Virus record (IMG/VR): IMGVR_UViG_3300028592_000015
Span: 1-52,514 of that record
Length of the DNA stretch: 52,514 nucleotides
Direction: 5' to 3' (one strand)
Origin: a virus
Taxonomy: Duplodnaviria; Caudoviricetes
Position numbers and translations under genes: made by a program
Part shown: positions 45,911-52,514 of the stretch, piece by piece
How positions within the stretch are numbered: position 1 is the stretch's first letter
How the letters are laid out: each line of letters opens with the position of its first letter
The notes under the pieces: generated by a model
The model's database searches: none
What the model saw: the letters and a program-made list of their open reading frames with translations, nothing else
Told to the model about the DNA's origin: nothing

Positions 45911-46480
45911 CTAGCGGTAGAGACCGGGCAACCGGTTCTGCGTAGTCCTTATCCCCGGCCAGGGCTCGCGCTGCACGTCATATACAGCGATGTCGGCTGA
46001 GACGGTGATGGCATTGCCGCTGATATTCCTCAGCGATAGGTGGGCAGCTGAATATTCGATCACAGGCGTGCCGATGGGGCGCCGCGAGCGCCGATCCTCG
46101 TTCATCTCGGCGTCAAAGATCAGCTCGACATCGCCGAAGTCACTCAAAGCAAGAAGCTCAAGCCTCAACCTCGGGCTGTCGCTCATGTCCTCGATGGCCG
46201 CGCCGACAGCCTGGTCAACGTTCTGGATCGTGATGCGTCCGCGCGGCGGGCTTTCCCCGTCGCTCAGAAGTTCCACCATGAACGGTATGCCGATGTAGCG
46301 GACCTCGACCGGCTCGCCGCCAAGGCCAGTTTCCTCGCGCATATAGTCCACCACGTCGGACACCACGCGGATCGGATCGACCACGTTCGGGTGAGTGATC
46401 GTGGCGAAGACCAGGGTCATGTCGCCATCGCGGCTCGCTTCCAACGAGTTGCGATAGCCAGTGCTGAGATTCCGGGGCAT
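45911..46480 (-). CDS. DUF1833-like tail hub protein
   Basis: TITHP...PIRVV...PF...ITIQNVD...EPWP...PGL. Confidence 0.8.
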   Translation of the reverse strand: MPRNLSTGYRNSLEASRDGDMTLVFATITHPNVVDPIRVVSDVVDYMREETGLGGEPVEVRYIGIPFMVELLSDGESPPRGRITIQNVDQAVGAAIEDMSDSPRLRLELLALSDFGDVELIFDAEMNEDRRSRRPIGTPVIEYSAAHLSLRNISGNAITVSADIAVYDVQREPWPGIRTTQNRLPGLYR

Positions 46481-46830
46481 TAGTAAAGCTTCATCAGTTG
46501 CATTGAGACCCGGTAGTTGTCGCCGCCCAAAGCTGAGATGCTGGGCGGCGACGACATGATGCAGACCATCGTCACACCGGTGCGCGGGTGCGGCTTCTGA
46601 AACTCAAGAACACCGTCGGCGAGATCGTCCCGGTAGAAGCCCATCAGCGCATCCACTCCGGTGCTATTTGTGAGGAATCCTGCGCTGAAGTTGACCATAT
46701 CAATGGAGGTTCGCCGGCGGCGCTTGGGTGGGCCAACCTCGGGCTGAAACTCAGCGATGTTGCCCGCCGGAGCCTCTCCATATCCTTCGGCCATGATCCA
46801 GTTGGGAAGTTCGGCGGGCCATACCTTCAT
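46480..46830 (-). CDS. Distal tail protein
   Basis: WPAELP...GPPKRRRR...FY...LxDG..F; after tape measure. Confidence 0.8.
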   Translation of the reverse strand: MKVWPAELPNWIMAEGYGEAPAGNIAEFQPEVGPPKRRRRTSIDMVNFSAGFLTNSTGVDALMGFYRDDLADGVLEFQKPHPRTGVTMVCIMSSPPSISALGGDNYRVSMQLMKLY

Positions 46831-48503
46831 CAGACCCTCCGCATGCGCGGCTTGTTGCCGTAACCGGCCTTCATCGCGCCATCTAGCGCTCCGTCAGTCA
46901 GGCCCCCTTTAACTGTGCCGATGATGATGTCGGTCACGTCCATGCCGTCCTGTTGGTACTGGCGGCGATCCACCTGGGCGCCTGAGTTGTTGATGACGTT
47001 GATCACTGTGCGAGGCGTGTTCGAGTTCGCCGCCATAGCCATGGAGGGGCCATTGGGGATCACCTGAGCACCGGCCGGCAGCCTGAGAAGTTCTGGCCCT
47101 TGTTCGCCAACCCATGACAGACCGGCCCGACCGACAGTGCCACCTTCGGCCATTCCTGGAATCCCAAAGATGCCGCGGCCACCGAACCCGCCGGCTACTC
47201 CCCATCCCAAGCCGGCGCTGTTGCCGAACATACCAAGAAATGAGCTGATGCCGTTGTTTACGATGTTGTCGAGCCAGGACATGGCGAACTGCTCGACTTT
47301 GCCGAGCAGGTAGTCGAATGCATCTCCGCCCTTTTTCAGCGTCTGGTACAAGCCTGATCCGATCCCCTCGAAAGCCTTGCCCAGCTCTGCCAAAACGTTG
47401 AAGGATTTGTCGGCAATGGATTGCAGGCCATCGTTGGCAAGCTGTTTCACATTGTCGTTCGCCGCCTTAGTGGAGCCGCCGAGCGCGTCCATTTCCTTCC
47501 GAGCGGCCGCGATCTCCTGTGCACGACCGGAAAGAGCACCAAACATGTTGCCCATGTAGTCGGTGGTATAGGCGTCGGAATTGTTCTGGTTGAGGTCGCT
47601 GCCCAACTGGCCCAGAGCGCCAGCATATGGATTTGCAGCACCGCCAAAGTTCACGCGCCCAAGAGTTGGGATCGCTACCCCAAACTGACCAAGGCCTTCG
47701 TTCGCCTTCGAGATCAGCCCATCAAGGAGTTCCGCAGCCTTGTTGATTGACCACTCAACGCCCTTCACGACGATATTTGCCGTCGTGATTGTTGCGTCGC
47801 CAATGGCTGCCGGCAGGCGGCTCCAGAGGGTGCCGATAGCGGAAACACCAAATGCAAATGGCGCGATGATTCCGTTGCCGATGTTCTTGAGGATCGGGGC
47901 CATCTGGTCCCAAACCCACTGCAGACCGCCAACAATCGCATCCCAGAGGGGCGAGAGGACGCTGCCGATCTTTTCTGCCATGAGTGACCAGCCAGCCTGA
48001 ACGACATCGAAAAAGCTCACCTGAACTTCGGCGCTTTTGTTGATCTCGTGGGTCAGACCGGCGACGGCCACGCCAACCGCGCCAACGACAGCGGCGAGAG
48101 GCCAAAAGCGTGTGACCAGATTCTTGGCAAGATCGCCTATGGTGCGCAGCGCCGGTCCAAGGCCGCCCTGCAGTATCTGCGAGCCCTGCTGCATGGCGAC
48201 CATTGCCGGGTTCATGCCAGAGGCCAGCGACACCGCCACGTCGTTGAGCTGGTAGATCATCATCGTGCGCTGCTGCATGCTCGAGCGCATGACAGTGTTC
48301 TGGGCCATAAGGGCGGCGTTGTGAGCCTGCACGGCTACCGTCGCGGCCTTCTGCCCTACCGTCTCCACCTGAGAGGCGCCGGCAAGCTGCCGTGCTGCCG
48401 CCGATGCTTGTCCTGCTGCACCGGTCAACTGATGAAGGGAAACGGTACCCTTCTCGACCTGAGTAGAATCCACGGCCAAGCCGAGGCGAGCAACATCGAC
48501 CAT
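46830..48503 (-). CDS. Tape measure protein
   Basis: QLNDVAVSLASG.NP..VAMQQGSQI and AEGG..GEQGPEL motifs. Confidence 0.9.
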   Translation of the reverse strand: MVDVARLGLAVDSTQVEKGTVSLHQLTGAAGQASAAARQLAGASQVETVGQKAATVAVQAHNAALMAQNTVMRSSMQQRTMMIYQLNDVAVSLASGMNPAMVAMQQGSQILQGGLGPALRTIGDLAKNLVTRFWPLAAVVGAVGVAVAGLTHEINKSAEVQVSFFDVVQAGWSLMAEKIGSVLSPLWDAIVGGLQWVWDQMAPILKNIGNGIIAPFAFGVSAIGTLWSRLPAAIGDATITTANIVVKGVEWSINKAAELLDGLISKANEGLGQFGVAIPTLGRVNFGGAANPYAGALGQLGSDLNQNNSDAYTTDYMGNMFGALSGRAQEIAAARKEMDALGGSTKAANDNVKQLANDGLQSIADKSFNVLAELGKAFEGIGSGLYQTLKKGGDAFDYLLGKVEQFAMSWLDNIVNNGISSFLGMFGNSAGLGWGVAGGFGGRGIFGIPGMAEGGTVGRAGLSWVGEQGPELLRLPAGAQVIPNGPSMAMAANSNTPRTVINVINNSGAQVDRRQYQQDGMDVTDIIIGTVKGGLTDGALDGAMKAGYGNKPRMRRV

Positions 48504-48516
48504 GGGTTCACCTCAT

Positions 48517-48831
48517 TCAAAATATGGCGTCGAACAGTTCGGCCGTCATGGGCCGCTCGGAGACGATGTGCGGGGATTGGCTGGCGTATTGCTCTCGCTT
48601 CGCCGCTTCACGGCAGGCATCGAGATAGGCAACGTCCATGGACCGAAGGATGCGCCACTCCTGCGAGCGGACGCGCGTGGCGGTAATTTGAGCCCAGTGG
48701 GCCATGTCGGCCCATCCAAGTGGCAGATAACCGCCCATGCCTTCCTGACGGCCTTGGTGAAGCTCGCAGAACCAGTGCCAGAGGTGTTCCGCCGCTGGGG
48801 ACAGCGACAGATCGAATGTCGGGGTGTTCAC
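48517..48831 (-). CDS. Tail assembly chaperone, T part (via -1 frameshift)
   Basis: HLWHWFCEL..R...PL.W.D; open -1 frame from the slip site. Confidence 0.8.
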   Translation of the reverse strand: MNTPTFDLSLSPAAEHLWHWFCELHQGRQEGMGGYLPLGWADMAHWAQITATRVRSQEWRILRSMDVAYLDACREAAKREQYASQSPHIVSERPMTAELFDAIF

Positions 48832-48863
48832 CGCGGATCGGGCGGCCTGCGCCAGTTCCTCGG

Positions 48864-49265
48864 CTAGGCCTTCGTAAAATTTGCGATGTCGCGAGCAGCC
48901 CCCACCACCTGGGCATAGATCCAGCCCTCTTTCTTAAAGATGGCTTTGATGGTTTTCGGGTCGTTGCCGGGCACCTTATTTTCGTAGGTATTGGGCTTGC
49001 CGTTGGCGTCGAGTCCCCAGTCCCACGACGCGACATACGAGACGGCCATATCGAGCTCGTTATCCTCGACCATATCGGCGCCGATCATCTTGCGCCGCTG
49101 CTGCCGGGACAGAAGATCGTCGGTCTGCTCGCGCACCACGGCCATAGCAGCATCAGATCCGGCCGACCGCACCATGATGGTGATGCCCACCGGCTTGCCC
49201 GTCTTGGGATTCTCGACATTGAGCGTGAATAGTTCCTCGTTCTGAACGAGACCAGAGATTTCCAT
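48864..49265 (-). CDS. Tail assembly chaperone G
   Basis: Between MTP and TMP; ends QV...NF with slip site. Confidence 0.85.
   Translation of the reverse strand: MEISGLVQNEELFTLNVENPKTGKPVGITIMVRSAGSDAAMAVVREQTDDLLSRQQRRKMIGADMVEDNELDMAVSYVASWDWGLDANGKPNTYENKVPGNDPKTIKAIFKKEGWIYAQVVGAARDIANFTKA
48876..48882 (-). other. -1 programmed frameshift site A AAT TTT
   Basis: X XXY YYZ three codons before the G stop; -1 frame reads NFYEGLAEELAQAARSAVNTP into the T ORF. Confidence 0.8.
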
Positions 49266-49271
49266 ATCTGA

Positions 49272-50000
49272 TTACCCCAGCGGCGCTACGCGCACGGTGT
49301 TGGTGTTGACTTCGATGGTGGCCTGAAGCTGGCGAACATTGTTTGGGCCGCCGAAGGCTTCAGTCGCAGCCGTGACGAGGCCAATGAAATAGCGCTCGGA
49401 TGGCGTGGGCTGCGTCGTGCCTGTGTGGACGCCACTCTGGGTGGACGACGTGTTAATGACCGTGCCGCCCTTGGTTGCCGACACCGTAAAGGTGCCGGAG
49501 GAGAGCACTTCCTTGACATAGTAGGTCGTGCCGGCAGTTAGGCCGGTCGGCAGCGCGCCGGTCGTGGTGAAGACCACAGCCACATCAACAGCCAGGCCAT
49601 GCGCAGCCCAGGAGATAACACCGGGCGATGCTACCGAAATGGTGAGGGTGGCGCTTTTAGGAGCCGGCGCGTCGTTCAGTAGCACCTTGAACGGGTAGTT
49701 CTGGTTCGTGGCTTCGGCGGCGATAAGAGCGAGCTGTCCGGCATCACTTGCGACGACGGCGAAGTTATCCTGACGAGAAGGCGCATTGCGCGTTCCCTTC
49801 TGCTTCACGTCACGGCCGCGATCGATCAGCGGAGTGGTGATGAGCGCAGCGGCGTCACCAAGTGCGCCTGCCTCCATCCACGATTTCACTTCGGTCCACG
49901 ACACGGCGGCGAAGTCGGAAACGTCAACGTCGTTGTCGGGCAACTCAATGGCGGCGCCGATGAAATACTTGCATCCCGAAACGGGGTAAAGCGTGGCCAT
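49272..50000 (-). CDS. Major tail protein with inserted accessory domain
   Basis: KQKGTRNA...DAGQ...YF.GLV; AGGAGG RBS. Confidence 0.85.
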   Translation of the reverse strand: MATLYPVSGCKYFIGAAIELPDNDVDVSDFAAVSWTEVKSWMEAGALGDAAALITTPLIDRGRDVKQKGTRNAPSRQDNFAVVASDAGQLALIAAEATNQNYPFKVLLNDAPAPKSATLTISVASPGVISWAAHGLAVDVAVVFTTTGALPTGLTAGTTYYVKEVLSSGTFTVSATKGGTVINTSSTQSGVHTGTTQPTPSERYFIGLVTAATEAFGGPNNVRQLQATIEVNTNTVRVAPLG

Positions 50001-50023
50001 GAGGCCCTCCTATGGTTGAAAGA

Positions 50024-50449
50024 TCAGGCCCAGGTTTCCCAAGGCACAAGGACCGCAACGAGCACGCCCGGCGGAGTGGTTTCGATCAGCGCTGGCGCTG
50101 GCTCGGGAGCGGCGGTAATGCGGACAGAAAGGCCAAATGCGTGATGCAGCCGTAGGTCTGCCGGGAAATGCTTGGCCACGGCCCCGGCAATGTCATCGAT
50201 GCGGGTGCCCTGGTTGAGCCCGTCGCGGACGTTGACCTGCAGGAACCCGAGGCGCTGGTGAGGGCCGTCGGTGTCGATCAGCATTCTGTTGACCGTATTC
50301 GGCACATACCGGGCTTCAAGATAACGATTTCCGGCCGGCGCAGTGAAATTCAGGTTGGGCCACGACACAGGATGGATGGGGGCCAGCACCAGCGTGGCCA
50401 GGCGGGCGAACAGGGCTTCCTTGATCGCCCCTTCCACGGTTGTGGCCAT
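50024..50449 (-). CDS. Tail terminator (DUF4128-like)
   Basis: WPNxxF.P....YL...G.LQV.V...HFP. Confidence 0.8.
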   Translation of the reverse strand: MATTVEGAIKEALFARLATLVLAPIHPVSWPNLNFTAPAGNRYLEARYVPNTVNRMLIDTDGPHQRLGFLQVNVRDGLNQGTRIDDIAGAVAKHFPADLRLHHAFGLSVRITAAPEPAPALIETTPPGVLVAVLVPWETWA

Positions 50450-50468
50450 GCTGATACCTTCCCGGCCC

Positions 50469-50684
50469 ATGGCCGATGACAAACCGCTCAACGACAACCA
50501 GGTCCACGACCGCCTTCACGCGGCCATGGAAGCTCTTGGCAATGCCGAAGGCGAAACCGTTCATGGCGACACGGCCCTGAAGACCGCGCGTCGCTCGCTA
50601 ATGCTGCTGCAATTGGCCGTGGTGACCGGCCAGGCCAAAGGCGAGGCCGGAAACGACAACGTCAAAGGCCCAGTCGAGCCCTGA
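50469..50684 (+). CDS. Hypothetical protein (antisense moron)
   Basis: 71 aa ORF filling the gap between two tail genes. Confidence 0.5.
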   Translation: MADDKPLNDNQVHDRLHAAMEALGNAEGETVHGDTALKTARRSLMLLQLAVVTGQAKGEAGNDNVKGPVEP

Positions 50685-51075
50685 CCTCTGCCGCTTTGGT
50701 AGCGACGATCTGCTCCCAGCGCTGCGCCACCATTGAGACCCATGGCCTGCCTGGGCGACCATTGGCACCGTAGTGGACGTGGGCGGCGTAATTGGCAGTA
50801 TAGCCAAGATAGATCACGTCACCGGCCTCAGCCCCGGCGATCACCAGCACGATCTCTGCAGAGGGGTCTATTCCGGCCGTGCCATCTCCCTCCCGGGAAA
50901 GCAATGGCATCTCAGTCTGGGACGCGCGAAGGCTGTTCTTTAGGAAGCCAATATCGATTGGCACCAGAGAATTAAGTTCAGAAACAAGCTCTTGAGCGGC
51001 TTCCCTGAACAGCAGATCGAACGCGCCTTCGACCTTGCGCGCCCACTCGCCGACCTGCGCTTCGAACGTCGCCAC
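50662..51075 (-). CDS. Tail completion (HK97 gp10-like)
   Basis: PIDxGFLxNS...YTANYA..VHYG...W. Confidence 0.8.
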   Translation of the reverse strand: MATFEAQVGEWARKVEGAFDLLFREAAQELVSELNSLVPIDIGFLKNSLRASQTEMPLLSREGDGTAGIDPSAEIVLVIAGAEAGDVIYLGYTANYAAHVHYGANGRPGRPWVSMVAQRWEQIVATKAAEVRARLGL

Positions 51076-51080
51076 TGAGG

Positions 51081-51275
51081 CTAAAAGACCAGTTCGCCAG
51101 CGCGAATCTTGTCGCGAATGTCTGACTTGCGCCATGACTGCAGTTCGTTCAACGAAATGCCGAGTTGGCGCGCGCAGGACTCTTGGATGTCCTTGGGGAT
51201 CACGTGCCCGCCAGATGAAGGAACGCCATCTTCGCGATAGTCGCGGAACTGCTTCAGAGCCTCATCAACCGTCAT
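51081..51275 (-). CDS. Hypothetical protein (moron)
   Basis: GGGAG RBS, AT-rich upstream. Confidence 0.5.
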   Translation of the reverse strand: MTVDEALKQFRDYREDGVPSSGGHVIPKDIQESCARQLGISLNELQSWRKSDIRDKIRAGELVF

Positions 51276-51327
51276 TTTTTACTCCCAATAGTTCCTACAT
51301 ATTAGTGATGCACACCATGGAACAGCC

Positions 51328-52368
51328 CTATGCTGCGCGCAGGGCCAAGAACTGAGCGGTGTAATCGATGCGATATTCCAACGTGCATCGGCAGCCAGAC
51401 GTTTCACTGATCGGCGCCTCTGGGTCGCCGGGAAAGCGTAGCGTCGCGCCTGAAGGGCTCTGAAACGACTGGTAGAACCCCACCTCGTCATTGTTCAGCG
51501 CCCGGTGGGTGTGCCGCACCCTATTGTCTCCGGCGGATCGCCAGCGCTTCGTGATGAATGCAGCGTCCACCTTGCCCGACAGGATGGCTTGCCTCACTGC
51601 ATCGTCCCGTGACTTGCTGAGTGCGGTCATCGTCTCGGTTCGCGACAGCATCTCGCCGCGCAGCGCCAGCAGCCGGTCCGCATAGCGCCCGACGATGCGA
51701 TTGACCATTTCCTTGTCGAGCGCCCTGCCCTCAGCGATCGCCTTTCGCACCGCGGCGTCGAAGCGTTTATCTCGGCGCTCCCGACCCAGGTAGTTCCGGA
51801 GTGCCGCAGGATCGCCGGAAAGAAGCTCCTGGCGGGCGGAAGCGACAAATCGCTCCTGCGGGACCGTCAGACCGATGATGCCGCCTGTGCGGCTATTTGT
51901 GGCGCGCGAGGTGCGGCCGATAATGTCGAGCGCAGTCGTGCGCGGGTTGTTGCCTTGGGCAAGGCTATCGGCCAACGCCACGCGAATGGCTTCGCGCTGG
52001 TCGTCCACGATGCGCGTCACAAGCTGGGCGCTGTGGTCCCGAAGCCATGCCTCGGCCTCCGGATTGCGAACGCCGAACCGGAAAGCGATGCGGCTGCCAT
52101 TGGGATCGCGCAGAACAAGGCCAGAGGCCATGTCGATCCCGCCGGCATTGTAGGCGTTGGCAATCTCGATTTCGAGCCGCCCAAAGGCTTCGGCATCGAT
52201 CTGCAGCACTTCGATAGCCCCAGCGATATCACCACGCTCCAGGCGCTCGACAAGGCGTTTAAGCACCACTTGGCTCTTGATCTCGGAGGTGGCTCCGAGG
52301 AAGGCATCTCGGATGCGCGGCTCCCATGTGTCCAGCAACTGTTCAAACCGGTTGCGGTTCGACGCCAT
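51328..52368 (-). CDS. Head morphogenesis protein (SPP1 gp7/MuF-like)
   Basis: RTE, W....D.RVR.TH, PGDP......CRC. Confidence 0.9.
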   Translation of the reverse strand: MASNRNRFEQLLDTWEPRIRDAFLGATSEIKSQVVLKRLVERLERGDIAGAIEVLQIDAEAFGRLEIEIANAYNAGGIDMASGLVLRDPNGSRIAFRFGVRNPEAEAWLRDHSAQLVTRIVDDQREAIRVALADSLAQGNNPRTTALDIIGRTSRATNSRTGGIIGLTVPQERFVASARQELLSGDPAALRNYLGRERRDKRFDAAVRKAIAEGRALDKEMVNRIVGRYADRLLALRGEMLSRTETMTALSKSRDDAVRQAILSGKVDAAFITKRWRSAGDNRVRHTHRALNNDEVGFYQSFQSPSGATLRFPGDPEAPISETSGCRCTLEYRIDYTAQFLALRAA

Positions 52369-52388
52369 TTGCGTTTCCTTCGCACGAG

Positions 52389-52514
52389 AAAATGAGGAGC
52401 GAACGATGCGAGCAGCCCTAGCCCTGACACTGGCATCGTTGATGTGCGGGCCGGTACTGGCTCAGAACTACATCAACGGTAACCAGCTCACCGAGTGGTG
52501 CCGCAATTCGTCAA
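52389..52514. repeat. Terminal direct repeat, right copy
   Basis: Identical to 6-131. Confidence 0.95.

Noticed and set aside
1-52514. CRISPR array, IS element, intron/intein or alternative genetic code
   Set aside because: No spaced repeats or transposase noticed by eye; core genes are uninterrupted, of normal length and end in standard stops

Overview
The window is an essentially complete, circularly permuted genome (~52.4 kb; 6-131 is repeated exactly at 52389-52514) of a temperate siphovirus-like phage. A GcrA homologue and a GTTC-N7-GTTC LexA box point to an alphaproteobacterial host. The minus strand carries the late operon (terS, terL, portal, scaffold, capsid, head completion, then across the junction gp7/MuF, tail genes, fibre and lysis) and an early/replication operon (cro, PcfJ-like, RuvC-like, two DNA methyltransferases, helicase, GcrA, primase-helicase). 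The plus strand carries cI with lysogeny cargo, a recombination operon (RecE/RecT/ExoX/SSB), xis/int and an SOS-linked cassette. Most notable: (1) repeated C-GAA(U/G)-G tetraloop hairpins in the scaffold and capsid leaders, one mutually exclusive with a 9-bp helix hiding the capsid Shine-Dalgarno; (2) a CapRel-like toxSAS preceded by a three-way-junction element; (3) an attP carrying a promoter and the 5' half of tRNA-Cys; (4) a 123-aa kinase-like protein in the head-completion module; (5) a secreted stand-alone TolA/TonB C-terminal-like domain after cI; (6) an atypical tRNA-Met(CAT); (7) an orphan Rap1a-like immunity protein. All family calls are by-eye motif recognition; no searches were run.
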